Below are positions 10,201 to 19,459 of a stretch of 64,000 nt of DNA, piece by piece. Position 1 is the first letter of the stretch. The number at the start of each line of letters is the position of its first letter. Source of the DNA: an uncultured Acidimicrobiaceae bacterium (GTDB lineage Bacteria; Actinomycetota; Acidimicrobiia; Acidimicrobiales; Bog-793); NCBI GenBank assembly GCA_963703655.1, contig CAVPFA010000003.1:912972-976971 (forward strand), read 5' to 3'. The notes beneath the pieces were generated by a model. The model was not told the DNA's origin. It was given only the letters and a program-made list of their open reading frames with translations, and made no database searches. A program made the position numbers and the translations under genes.

Positions 10201-10440
10201 CGGCTAGGCCGGCCGGCCAGCATGGCCGCCGCGGGGACGGCCCCACGCCGGCCCACGCCGGCCCCGGCCGGCCGCATCGGCACGCCGGCCCACGCCGGCC
10301 CACGCCGGCCCCGGCCGGCCACCCCGGCACGCCGGCCCACGCCGGCCACATCGGCACGCCGGCCCACGCCGGCCCCGGCCGCCGGCCGCCGGCACGCCGG
10401 CCCCGGCACGCCGGCCCCGGCCGCCCGCCACCCACCGGTA
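10201..10440. repeat. ~240-bp GC-rich minisatellite of CACGCCGGCC / CCGGCCGGCC decamers with a ~75-bp higher-order period, directly upstream of glyQS
   Basis: Direct reading. The in-frame translation gives PAHAGP repeats. A repeat-built upstream ORF (10143..10454) ends in an ATGA overlap with the glyQS start. Confidence 0.8.
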
Positions 10441-10450
10441 ACCTGCCGAC

Positions 10451-11776
10451 ATGACGACGCCCCTCGAGCCCACGATCGACCACGGGTTGTTCGAGGCCGT
10501 CGTCAACTTGTGCAAGCGCCGGGGATTCGTCTTCCCGTCGGCCGAGATCTACGGCGGCTTCCGGTCGACCTACGACTACGGCCCACTCGGCGCGCTCATG
10601 CTCCGCAACATCCGGGAGGCGTGGTGGCGAGCGATGATCCAAGAGCGCGACGACGTCGTGCCGATCGACGCAGCGATCCTGACGAACCCGAAGGTCTGGG
10701 AGGCCTCGGGCCACCTCGCGACGTTCACGGACCCTCTGGTCGACTGCCGCAACTGCAAGGAGCGCTGGCGCGCCGACCAGATCGAGGGCGAGTGCCCGAA
10801 CTGCGGATCGAAGGACCTGACAGAGGCCCGACCGTTCAACCTCATGTTCAAGACCTTCGTCGGCCCGGTCGAAGAGGAGGCCTCGGTCGCCTTCCTCCGC
10901 CCCGAGACCGCCCAGGGCATGTTCGTGAACTTCCTCAACGTCCTCACCTCGACGAGGCGCAAGCCCCCATTCGGGATCGCCCAGCTCGGCCGGGCGTTTC
11001 GAAACGAGATCACGCCTGGCAACTTCGTCTTCCGCACCCGAGAGTTCGAGATGATGGAGATGGAGTACTTCGTTCCCCCCGCCGACAGCCCACGCTGGCA
11101 CCAGTACTGGTGCGAGGAGCGACTTGCCTGGTACCTGCGCTATGGGATCTCCGACGAGAAGCTGCGCCTTCGGCCGCACGACAAAGAGGAGCTCTCCCAC
11201 TATTCCTCGGGGACCACCGACGTCGAGTTCCTCTTCCCCTGGGGCTGGGGCGAGCTCGAGGGCATCGCCAACAGGACCGACTTTGACCTGCGAGCCCATC
11301 AGGAGCACTCGGGCACCTCACTCGAGTACTTCGACCAGGCGACGGGTGAACGGTACATTCCTCATGTCGTCGAGCCGGCCGCCGGGGCGACCCGCACCAT
11401 GATGGCGTTCCTGATCGCGGCCTACGACGAGGACGAGATCGGCGGCGAGCACCGGGCGGTGCTCCGCCTCCACCCCCGGATCGCGCCGTATCAGGTCGCC
11501 GTTCTGCCGCTCTCGAAGAAGGAAACACTGGTCCCGCTCGCGAAAGACGTCCTGCACCGGCTTCAGCGCTACCTCATGTGCGAGTACGACGAGACTCAGT
11601 CGATCGGTCGCCGCTATCGGCGCCAGGACGAGATCGGGACGCCGTATTGCGTCACCGTCGACTTTGAGAGTCTCGAGGATCAGCAGGTGACGGTCCGCGA
11701 ACGCGACTCGACCGACCAGACGCGACTTCCGATCGACGACCTGGTTCACCACCTTCTCGGGCGGCTCGACATCTGA
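10451..11776 (+). CDS. glyQS: Glycine--tRNA ligase (alpha2 dimeric type)
   Basis: N-terminal IVNLCKRRGFVFPSAEIYGGFRSTYDYGPLG is a GlyRS signature, with class II aaRS motifs. Confidence 0.92.
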   Translation: MTTPLEPTIDHGLFEAVVNLCKRRGFVFPSAEIYGGFRSTYDYGPLGALMLRNIREAWWRAMIQERDDVVPIDAAILTNPKVWEASGHLATFTDPLVDCRNCKERWRADQIEGECPNCGSKDLTEARPFNLMFKTFVGPVEEEASVAFLRPETAQGMFVNFLNVLTSTRRKPPFGIAQLGRAFRNEITPGNFVFRTREFEMMEMEYFVPPADSPRWHQYWCEERLAWYLRYGISDEKLRLRPHDKEELSHYSSGTTDVEFLFPWGWGELEGIANRTDFDLRAHQEHSGTSLEYFDQATGERYIPHVVEPAAGATRTMMAFLIAAYDEDEIGGEHRAVLRLHPRIAPYQVAVLPLSKKETLVPLAKDVLHRLQRYLMCEYDETQSIGRRYRRQDEIGTPYCVTVDFESLEDQQVTVRERDSTDQTRLPIDDLVHHLLGRLDI

Positions 11777-11813
11777 AGCCGCTACCAGGGCGCCTCGACA
11801 TCTGAAGCCGCTA
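11766..11813. repeat. 20-bp direct repeat x2 (CTCGACATCTGAAGCCGCTA, 28-bp period) containing the glyQS TGA stop in both copies
   Basis: Direct reading. Confidence 0.8.
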
Positions 11814-11832
11814 TCCAGTACAGGAGGACCCG

Positions 11833-14517
11833 ATGGAGTACGTCTACGACTTCGACCACAACCATCCCCGCCCACCGATGGAGCTGAAGGACCTCCTCGG
11901 CGGCAAGGGCGCCAACTTGGCCGAGATGACCTCGGTGCTGGACCTGCCGGTGCCGCACGGATTCACGATCTCCACCGATGCCTGCCGCGCGTACATGACG
12001 GCGGGGTGGCCGGCCGGGCTGGACGAGGAGGTGGCCGAGCATCTGGCAAAGCTGGAGGGACGGATGGGGCGCCGGCTCGACGACCCGAACGACCCTCTTC
12101 TGGTCTCGGTCCGCTCGGGAGCGAAATTCTCGATGCCCGGCATGATGGACACCGTCTTGAACCTCGGGCTCAACGACCGGTCGGTGGAGGGCCTCGCCAA
12201 GCAGACGAGCGACGAGCGGTTCGCGTTCGACTCTTATCGGCGTTTCGTGCAGATGTACGGCCGTATCGTTCTCGGCATCCCCGGCCAACAGCTGGACGAG
12301 CCGCTCGAGGCCTTGAAGGAGCGCACCTCCGCCTCGGACGCCGAGCTGCCGGCAGCGGCTCTCCGTGCGCTCGTCGAAGAGCTGAAGGCCGTCGTGGAGA
12401 AGGCGACCGGGAGCCCGTTCCCACAGGAGCCCGTCGATCAGCTTCGTGGCGCGATCGAGGCCGTCTTCGCATCCTGGAACGGGGCGAGAGCCGTCGCCTA
12501 CCGGGTGCGGGAGCGGATCCCGAACGATCTCGGCACGGCAGTCAACGTGCAGGCAATGGTGTTCGGGAACCGAGACGACCGCTCGGGAACGGGCGTCGGC
12601 TTCACGCGTGACCCGGCCACCGGCGCCAAGGGAGCCTACGGCGACTTCCTCGTGAACGCCCAGGGCGAAGATGTCGTCGCAGGGATCCGCAACACCGAGC
12701 CGCTCTCTGCGGTGGAACGCGAATTCCCCGCGATCTACTCGGAGCTGATGGAGATCTTCGCCCGCCTCGAGGCCCACTACCGGGACATGTGCGACACGGA
12801 GTTCACGATCGAGCAGGGCAAGCTCTGGATGCTGCAGACGCGGGTCGGCAAGCGGACCGGCCGAGCAGCGCTCCGCATGGCCGTCGACATGGTGGACGAT
12901 CCGGCCATTCGCCTCACGCACCCGGAGGCCCTGCGGCGAATCGCTGCCGAGCACATCGACGGGGTGCTGCACCCGCAATTCGCCGAGAACTCTTTCCCCG
13001 TTCTCACCAAAGGGCTCGGCGCATCGCCCGGCGCCGCGGTCGGCCAGGTGTGCTTCACGGCCGACGACGCCGCCGCAGCCGCCGGCAGGGGCGAGCACGT
13101 GATCCTCGTGCGCACAGAGACGTCGCCCGAGGACGTTCACGGCATGCTCGCCGCCGAAGGCATCCTGACCGCGAGGGGAGGTCTCGTCAGCCATGCTGCG
13201 GTCGTCGCGCGGGGCTGGGGCAAGCCGGCCGTGGTCGGTGCCGAAACGGTACGGATCAGCACGGAAGACAAGTCGTTCCGCGTCGGCGGCACCGTGGTCC
13301 ACGAGGGCGAGGTGATATCGATCGACGGCTCGGAGGGCACCGTCGTCGTCGGCGCGGTGCCGCTCACGGCCCCGGAGCCCCCGCCGGAGCTCACGACGCT
13401 CCTCGGCTGGGCCGACGACGTCCGCTCCGGTCGGCTTGGGGTGCGCGCCAACGCGGACACCGGCGGTGACGCAGCAAACGCCCGTGGGCTCGGGGCGGAG
13501 GGGATCGGCCTGTGCCGGACCGAGCACATGTTCCTCGGGGAGGACCGCCTGCCGATCGTGCGGCGGATGATCCTCGCATCGACCGAAGACGAAGAGACTG
13601 CGGCGCTCGAGGAGCTGAGGGTTGCGCAGCGGGCCGACTTCCTCGAGATCCTCGAGGCCATGGACCGGTTGCCGGTTGTGGTCCGTCTGCTCGACCCCCC
13701 GCTGCACGAGTTTCTCCCCGACATCGAGTCGCTGCTCGTGAAACAGGCGCGTGAGGGTCTCACGGACGACGAACAGGCTCTCTTCGAGGCAGCGAGGTCC
13801 TGGCGAGAGGCCAATCCGATGCTCGGGGTGCGCGGTGTGCGGCTCGGCGTCCTCAAACCGGGCCTGTACGCGATGCAGGTGCGTGCCCTCATGGAGGCCG
13901 CCTATGAGCGGGTCGCCGGCGGCGGTCACCCGCTCGTCGAGATCATGATCCCGCTCACCGTCTCGCGCGAGGAGCTCGCTCTGGCCAGGTCCTGGGTCCT
14001 CGACGCGCTCGAGAGCGTGGCGGCCTCTGAGCACGAGGGCGAAGGCCGCGAGGCCGGCGAGCGCATCGAAGTCGCCATCGGCACGATGATCGAGACGCCC
14101 CGGGCCGCGCTGCTCGCCGGCGAGATCGCCGAGGTGGCCGACTTCTTCTCGTTCGGGACGAATGACCTCACCCAGATGACATTCGGTTTCAGCCGCGACG
14201 ACGTCGAGGGCAGGATGATGGCGGCCTATCTGGAGAAGGGCCTGCTCGAGGCGAACCCGTTCGAGAACGTCGACACCGCAGGCGTGGGCGAGCTGGTGCG
14301 GATCGCCGTCGCGCGGGGACGGGCGGCACGCCCAGGCCTCAAGATCGGTATATGCGGCGAGCACGGCGGCGACCCCGCCTCGATCGACTTCTTCGCAAGG
14401 TCGGGCCTCGACTACGTCAGCTGCTCCCCCTACCGTGTGCCGATCGCACGGCTCGCAGCCGCGCACTCGCTGCTCGCTATCGACGAGGAGGAGGCGACCT
14501 CCGCCGCCGGCCAGTAG
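11833..14517 (+). CDS. ppdK: Pyruvate, phosphate dikinase
   Basis: 894 aa with PEP-utilising enzyme domains. N-terminal GGKGANLAEM. AGGAGG Shine-Dalgarno 5 nt upstream of the ATG. Confidence 0.95.
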   Translation: MEYVYDFDHNHPRPPMELKDLLGGKGANLAEMTSVLDLPVPHGFTISTDACRAYMTAGWPAGLDEEVAEHLAKLEGRMGRRLDDPNDPLLVSVRSGAKFSMPGMMDTVLNLGLNDRSVEGLAKQTSDERFAFDSYRRFVQMYGRIVLGIPGQQLDEPLEALKERTSASDAELPAAALRALVEELKAVVEKATGSPFPQEPVDQLRGAIEAVFASWNGARAVAYRVRERIPNDLGTAVNVQAMVFGNRDDRSGTGVGFTRDPATGAKGAYGDFLVNAQGEDVVAGIRNTEPLSAVEREFPAIYSELMEIFARLEAHYRDMCDTEFTIEQGKLWMLQTRVGKRTGRAALRMAVDMVDDPAIRLTHPEALRRIAAEHIDGVLHPQFAENSFPVLTKGLGASPGAAVGQVCFTADDAAAAAGRGEHVILVRTETSPEDVHGMLAAEGILTARGGLVSHAAVVARGWGKPAVVGAETVRISTEDKSFRVGGTVVHEGEVISIDGSEGTVVVGAVPLTAPEPPPELTTLLGWADDVRSGRLGVRANADTGGDAANARGLGAEGIGLCRTEHMFLGEDRLPIVRRMILASTEDEETAALEELRVAQRADFLEILEAMDRLPVVVRLLDPPLHEFLPDIESLLVKQAREGLTDDEQALFEAARSWREANPMLGVRGVRLGVLKPGLYAMQVRALMEAAYERVAGGGHPLVEIMIPLTVSREELALARSWVLDALESVAASEHEGEGREAGERIEVAIGTMIETPRAALLAGEIAEVADFFSFGTNDLTQMTFGFSRDDVEGRMMAAYLEKGLLEANPFENVDTAGVGELVRIAVARGRAARPGLKIGICGEHGGDPASIDFFARSGLDYVSCSPYRVPIARLAAAHSLLAIDEEEATSAAGQ

Positions 14518-14596
14518 TCCCGAAGTCGTCCCTGCTCAGAAGGGATCGCCCTCACGACCGCAGCCCGGCTCGGGCTCGCGCGGTACCGTCCAGGCG

Positions 14597-16543
14597 ATGG
14601 CGATTCCCGACGAGGACGTGTCACAGGTCCGCTCCGCGACCGACATCCTCGCCCTCATAGGGGAATTCACGCCGCTCAAGCGGGTCGGCCGGCGCTTCCA
14701 GGGCTTGTGCCCGTTTCATGCCGAGAAAACGGCATCGTTCTCGGTCAATGCCGAGGAGGGCCTCTACTACTGTTTCGGATGCCAGGCCTCCGGCGACGCG
14801 ATCACGTTCCTCCGCAACATCGAGGGTTGCGACTTCGTCGAAGCCGTGGAGCGATTGGCGGCACGGGCCGGGATCACGATCCGCCACGACGCCGGCGGCA
14901 AGGACCAGTTCGACCGCGAGGGGCGCCAAGCGCTGCTGGGTGTCATGGAGCGAGCGGTCGCCTTCTACCACGAGGAGCTCCTGAGCCAGCCGGAGGCGAA
15001 GCAGGCAAGACAGTACCTGCGCTCGCGTGGCTACGAAGGCGAGACGGTGCGCCAATTTCGCCTCGGCTGGGCACCTGAAGGTGGCGGGGCATTAGTCCGG
15101 ACCGTCCGGGCGCCGGCGGATCTCCTCGTGAGAGCCGGACTGGCGCATCAGGGCCAGAGCGGGCTGCGCGACGCGTTCCGGGGTCGGGTCATCTTTCCCA
15201 TCTCTGACCCGGCCGGCCAGGCGATCGGGCTGGGCGGGAGGATCCTGCCCGGCGCCGGCGACGGGGCCGGCCCGAAGTACCGCAACTCGCCTGAGACGCC
15301 CATCTACTCGAAACGCCGCACCCTCTACGGACTCAATTGGGCCAAACAGGCCGTCGTGCAAACCGGGGAGGTGATCATCTGCGAGGGCTATACAGACGTC
15401 ATCGCGTTCTTCACCGCCGGGTTGCCGCGGGCGGTCGCCACCTGTGGGACGGCACTCACCGAGGAGCACTTCCGCCTGCTCGGGCGCTTCGCGAAGCGAG
15501 TCGTCCTCGCGTTCGACGCAGACTCCGCGGGCCAGTCGGCGGCTGCCCGCTTCTACGAATGGGAGAAACGTCACGAGTTGGAAGTCGCCGTCGCCGCCCT
15601 CCCACCGGGCAGCGACCCGGCGGACCTCGCCATGCGCGATTCGCAACTGCTGAGGGAGGCTGTCGAGCAGGCGAGGACGTTTCTCGGGTTCAGAGTGGAC
15701 CGGGCGCTCACTAGCTCCGAGCTCCAGACCGGCGAGGGCCGGGCCCACGCGGCCGAGGCGGCGCTGGCGATGGTCGCCGAGCACCCCAATGAGCTGGTGC
15801 GCGACCAGTACCTGGTCACAGTCTCGGACCGGACCCGGCTCGAGGTCGGGCGACTGCGTCCACGTCTCGACGCGCTTGTCCGGGCCTTCGGCGAGTCGGA
15901 TCGCAAATCTTCAGGCGATACCGCAGGCAAGGGGGGCGTGCGCTCACAGCCGAAAGACGAGGAACCGCCGTGGGAGCCGGATGGCGAGGTCAGCCGGGAG
16001 CAGACGCCGGGGCGCCGATCGGCCGGCCCCGACTCGAACGGTCACGTGGGCCCCGGCCCCGTCCTGCCAGGTGAGCGGGCCGGCCGGGACGCGCTTGTGC
16101 TCGCGGTCCGCGAGCCGCGCGCCATGGCCGGGCGGCTCAACGAGGCCCTGTTCGCCGATCCGGTCCAGCGCGCTGCGCTCAAGGCGCTGGCGAGCTCGGC
16201 AAGCCTGCATGCCGCCATACAGGGAGCGGACGACGAGGTGGCCGGCCTTCTCAGGCGTCTGGCCGTGACCGAGCCGGACTCGGACCCGGATCAGACGGTG
16301 GCCGCGCTGGCGCGAACTGCAGCGCAGGTCGCCCTGAACGAGATCGAGGCGGATGCCCGACAGGCTGAAGCCGAGGGCGAAATGACAAGGCTCGCTGCGG
16401 CGGGAGCAGCCATTACCTGGTTGAAGTCCGAGTTGGAGCTTATGCAGGAGCCGGGAACGGCCGATAGGACGTCACCAGCTGTGAGTGAGGCTGCGAATCG
16501 ATTGGTAGCGTGGCTGTTGCAGCGCTATCTGGAGGCGAGATGA
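14597..16543 (+). CDS. dnaG: DNA primase
   Basis: Zinc-ribbon [13 protein letters not shown]...[15 protein letters not shown] domain. Start taken at ATG 14597 ([24 protein letters not shown]). The ORF's upstream extension overlaps the ppdK end. Confidence 0.9.
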   Translation: MAIPDEDVSQVRSATDILALIGEFTPLKRVGRRFQGLCPFHAEKTASFSVNAEEGLYYCFGCQASGDAITFLRNIEGCDFVEAVERLAARAGITIRHDAGGKDQFDREGRQALLGVMERAVAFYHEELLSQPEAKQARQYLRSRGYEGETVRQFRLGWAPEGGGALVRTVRAPADLLVRAGLAHQGQSGLRDAFRGRVIFPISDPAGQAIGLGGRILPGAGDGAGPKYRNSPETPIYSKRRTLYGLNWAKQAVVQTGEVIICEGYTDVIAFFTAGLPRAVATCGTALTEEHFRLLGRFAKRVVLAFDADSAGQSAAARFYEWEKRHELEVAVAALPPGSDPADLAMRDSQLLREAVEQARTFLGFRVDRALTSSELQTGEGRAHAAEAALAMVAEHPNELVRDQYLVTVSDRTRLEVGRLRPRLDALVRAFGESDRKSSGDTAGKGGVRSQPKDEEPPWEPDGEVSREQTPGRRSAGPDSNGHVGPGPVLPGERAGRDALVLAVREPRAMAGRLNEALFADPVQRAALKALASSASLHAAIQGADDEVAGLLRRLAVTEPDSDPDQTVAALARTAAQVALNEIEADARQAEAEGEMTRLAAAGAAITWLKSELELMQEPGTADRTSPAVSEAANRLVAWLLQRYLEAR

Positions 16544-16569
16544 GCGGCTATCTGGAGGCGGGATGAGCG
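16524..16569. repeat. 23-bp tandem duplication GCTATCTGGAGGCG(A/G)GATGAGCG spanning the dnaG stop and the sigA start
   Basis: Copy 1 contains the dnaG TGA (AGATGAGCG). Copy 2 contains the sigA ATG (GGATGAGCGGCAGG). Confidence 0.85.
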
Positions 16570-17741
16570 GCAGGACCGGTCAGGCACCCAAGTCAGACGG
16601 CCCGAGGTCCACGACGGTCAAGACGTTGAGCAACGTAACTGCAGCCGAGGCCACCGATCCCGGACCGGACGAATCGGGCGTCGGGACATTGGGTGGCGCC
16701 GAGGCCGACGGCTCGGGCTCACATGACCCTAACCTCAAGGTCGTGACCGAACGGAAGCTGCGTCCGCGGGTCATGTCGCCGCAGACGTCGAGCGCGAGCA
16801 GCGATGCGAACGGAACCGACCCGGTTCGGGCCTACCTGAAGGAGATCGGGCGCGTCTCGTTGCTTTCTCCTGAGCTCGAGGTGTTGTGCGCGAAGAAGAT
16901 CGAAGCCGGCCAAGAGGCCTCTGCGGCGCTGGACGCCTGGAGCGTCGAGGGCAGCTTGGACACGGTGCCCTTCGAAGAGCGCCGCTCGGCAGAGCGTGCG
17001 GCCCACGATGGCCTGGAAGCCAAGGATCTCCTCATCGAAGCGAACCTGCGACTCGTTGTCTCGATCGCGAAGCGCTATCGGAACCGCGGGATGGCCTTCC
17101 TGGATCTCATCCAGGAGGGCAATCTCGGGCTCATGCGCGCGGTCGAGAAGTTCGACTACCAACGCGGCTTCAAGTTCTCCACGTACGCGACGTGGTGGAT
17201 CCGCCAAGCCATCACCCGGGCCGTCGCCGATCAAGCCCGCACAATTCGGATTCCTGTTCACATGGTCGAGACGATCAACAAGGTCGTTCGGACACAGCGC
17301 CAACTGTCACAAGAGCTTGGCCGCGAACCGACCGTGGAGGAGGTCTCCGCCCGAACGCAGTTCCCGGTCGAGAGGGTTCGCGAGCTGCAGCGCATCAGTC
17401 AGGACACGATCTCGTTGGAGCAACCCATTGGCGAGGAGGAAGACTTCAGCCTCTCCGACCTGATCGAGGACCACACGGCCGAGGTGCCCGTCGATGCAGC
17501 GACGCGGATGCTGCTCAACGAAGCCGTGAAGCGAGCGCTTTCTGAGCTGACAGAGCGCGAGCAGGAGGTCGTGAGGCTCCGTTTCGGATTGGACGACGGC
17601 CGGATCCGGACCCTCGAGGAAGTCGGCCAGATCTTCGGAGTCACGCGCGAGCGAATCCGTCAGATCGAGATGAAGACGCTCGCCAAGCTGCGCCACCCGA
17701 TCGTGTCACGCCCGCTTCGGGACTACGTCGAAGGCGACTGA
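16563..17741 (+). CDS. sigA: RNA polymerase principal sigma factor (sigma-70 group 1/2, RpoD/SigA family)
   Basis: Regions 1.2, 2 ([40 protein letters not shown]), 3 and 4 ([20 protein letters not shown]). 392 aa. Confidence 0.9.
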   Translation: MSGRTGQAPKSDGPRSTTVKTLSNVTAAEATDPGPDESGVGTLGGAEADGSGSHDPNLKVVTERKLRPRVMSPQTSSASSDANGTDPVRAYLKEIGRVSLLSPELEVLCAKKIEAGQEASAALDAWSVEGSLDTVPFEERRSAERAAHDGLEAKDLLIEANLRLVVSIAKRYRNRGMAFLDLIQEGNLGLMRAVEKFDYQRGFKFSTYATWWIRQAITRAVADQARTIRIPVHMVETINKVVRTQRQLSQELGREPTVEEVSARTQFPVERVRELQRISQDTISLEQPIGEEEDFSLSDLIEDHTAEVPVDAATRMLLNEAVKRALSELTEREQEVVRLRFGLDDGRIRTLEEVGQIFGVTRERIRQIEMKTLAKLRHPIVSRPLRDYVEGD

Positions 17742-17807
17742 AGCCAGTAGTTGTTGCGGCGTCTGAAGCGAGCCAGTTGTTGAAACGCCACAGGCCAGTA
17801 TTTGTCG
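17736..17807. repeat. Three imperfect ~24-bp direct repeats (CTGAAGC.AGCCAGT.GTTGTTG) starting at the sigA stop codon
   Basis: Direct reading. Confidence 0.6.
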
Positions 17808-17843
17808 AAGGCGCCTGGAGCCGGCATTGCGGCTCGGCCGCGT

Positions 17844-18158
17844 CTAACGCTTGGCTGCCTCCGTTCGCTGAGATGCTATGGCGCCCTCGAACAGGGCCAT
17901 GGCCCGCTCGCGTGCCAGGTCCCCTACGGGTCCGCGGAGAAGATCGGTGGCTCTCTCCCTGGCCAGGTCACCCAAGGCTCGGACCTTCTCGGCCTTCAAG
18001 TCAGCCGCGAGCGTGCCCGGGCCGCTCTGTCGGCGCCAGTCCCAGGCTGTTGCATCTCCCCACCCGCGCGCGGCGAGCGGCGCCCGCAGCTGGCGGGCCT
18101 TCTGAGTCAAGTAGAAGCCGGCCGCGCAACCCACCACGAACCCAGTCTTGAACCGCAT
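17844..18158 (-). CDS. Hypothetical protein (104 aa) with N-terminal hydrophobic segment and internal duplicated motif LGDLARERA
   Basis: ORF only. No recognised domain. Confidence 0.35.
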   Translation of the reverse strand: MRFKTGFVVGCAAGFYLTQKARQLRAPLAARGWGDATAWDWRRQSGPGTLAADLKAEKVRALGDLARERATDLLRGPVGDLARERAMALFEGAIASQRTEAAKR

Positions 18159-18308
18159 CGGTACTTCTTACCCCTCGCGCCCAAGATCCGCCAACCCGAC
18201 CCTGCCTGCCAGGACCGATAGCCGCGGCCAGTCGGTCGCAGCGCCGATCATGCTGCCGGTCGACGCGAGTCCGTAGCCTCCGACCGGTGAACGTGGCAAG
18301 TTAATTGC

Positions 18309-18854
18309 GTGGTCCCGAACAACTACGCGGGCTTCTTTCAGGCTGCGTCGCAAGCCTCTGGCGCCCTGATCGGCTTGATCTTCGTGGTCGTCTCGCTGAG
18401 GCCGGCCCAGATCATCGGCCCGCACGCCGACTCGACTGCGAGAGGGCTCGCTGCAAGCAGCTTCACGGGTCTCGTCAACGCCTTTTTCGTATCGCTGCTG
18501 GCCCTCATTCCGGGCACGAATCTCGGCGTTGGCGCCGCCATCATGGCGACGCTCAGCTTGTACCACACCCTGCGCCTGCACTTAGGGCGACCAGGCGCCA
18601 GGCACACCGTCACCTTCGTCGCCAGCCTGCTGGCCTACGGAGTTCAGCTCGGTTTCGCCGTCGCGTTCGTCGTGCACCCGCACGACGCCGGACTCGTCAA
18701 TGATCTCAGCTTCGTGGTGATTGGCTCGTTCGCCGTGGCCCTCAGCCGCGCCTGGCAGCTGATGCAGAGCACGACCATCGCGGCATCAGATGAGGCCCAC
18801 GCCCAAGTTGCACCAGGGAATGACCCGAAGACTAAGGGCACCGCAGGCGGGTAG
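18309..18854 (+). CDS. Hypothetical integral membrane protein (181 aa, 4-5 TM)
   Basis: Hydrophobic profile. No recognised family. Confidence 0.45.
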   Translation: MVPNNYAGFFQAASQASGALIGLIFVVVSLRPAQIIGPHADSTARGLAASSFTGLVNAFFVSLLALIPGTNLGVGAAIMATLSLYHTLRLHLGRPGARHTVTFVASLLAYGVQLGFAVAFVVHPHDAGLVNDLSFVVIGSFAVALSRAWQLMQSTTIAASDEAHAQVAPGNDPKTKGTAGG

Positions 18855-18987
18855 CCCTCCTCGACCTGGCGCCTTTGCCGCCGGACGGACGGCGGTTTCC
18901 AGTTCGACCGACCGCGAGCGTGCGCAACGCCAGTTCCCGGGGCGTCCCGGGACGGCCATCAGCCCGGATAGGCTTCGCGCTCGAATT

Positions 18988-19060
18988 TCCGGGGTAGCTC
19001 AATCGGCAGAGCACGCGACTGTTAATCGTGTGGTTGAGAGTTCGAGTCTCTCCCCCGGAG
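18988..19060 (+). tRNA. tRNA-Asn (anticodon GTT), no encoded CCA
   Basis: Cloverleaf read manually: acceptor TCCGGGG/CCCCGGA, D-arm GCTCAATCGGCAGAGC, anticodon loop CTGTTAA, T-arm GAGAGTTCGAGTCTCTC. Confidence 0.9.
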
Positions 19061-19115
19061 CTCTAAACCGGAGCTCTAAGCAAGCACGACTTTATGAAGC
19101 ATCAGCACCCAGCAA

Positions 19116-19191
19116 GGGCCCGTAGCTCAGTGGTCAGAGCAGGGGACTCATAATCCCTGGGTCGCAGGTTCGATCCCTGCCGGGCCCACCA
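19116..19191 (+). tRNA. tRNA-Met (anticodon CAT), CCA encoded. Elongator-type features (G1:C72 pair); a tRNA-Ile(lysidine) identity cannot be excluded.
   Basis: Acceptor GGGCCCG/CGGGCCC, anticodon arm GGGGACTCATAATCCCT, T-loop GGTTCGATCC. Confidence 0.88.
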
Positions 19192-19459
19192 ATGAAATGA
19201 AACAGCATGTCAGAGCCTAATTCTTGGACCGGACCGGCGAAGTCTCCGACCCAACATTGATCCAACAAAGGCCCGGGAATACTCAGGCATCCTCATGATC
19301 CGCAGGAAGCAATCCCGGAAGAATTGTCCCGACGAGTCCCGGAGGACAGACCCCGGTCTGAACAGATGCGAGACTCCCAGTTGACAAAATCCCACCGGGC
19401 TTCTGTGGTGCCTCTTTTGGGATTCTCCTCCTGTCGACGCTCCCGATTCGGACGACGAC

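Noticed and set aside
10201-10440. Possible CRISPR array (regularly repeated GC-rich units)
   Set aside because: The units are contiguous decamers with no unique spacers of CRISPR length. There is no leader, and no cas genes lie anywhere in the window. It is a minisatellite.
10090-10450. T-box riboswitch upstream of glyQS (as in Firmicutes)
   Set aside because: No AGGGUGGNACCGCG T-box consensus, specifier-loop or antiterminator architecture could be found.
11782-14466. 894-aa ORF antisense to ppdK. Similar long antisense or overlapping ORFs elsewhere include 60..1217 +, 449..1798 +, 4180..5454 +, 4958..5977 -, 10147..11286 +, 10172..11308 -, 35566..36579 +, 46377..47132 + and 50589-overlapping 49948..51168 -.
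   Set aside because: This is the typical high-GC artefact: stop codons are rare in non-coding frames. The products are Arg/Pro/Ala-rich and low-complexity, there is no domain similarity, and the opposite strand or other frame encodes a well-supported protein.
19116-19191. Initiator tRNA-fMet identity for the CAT tRNA
   Set aside because: It has a G1:C72 pair and lacks three consecutive G:C pairs at the bottom of the anticodon stem (31:39 is A:U). It is an elongator-type Met tRNA, or possibly Ile-lysidine, which cannot be decided from sequence alone.
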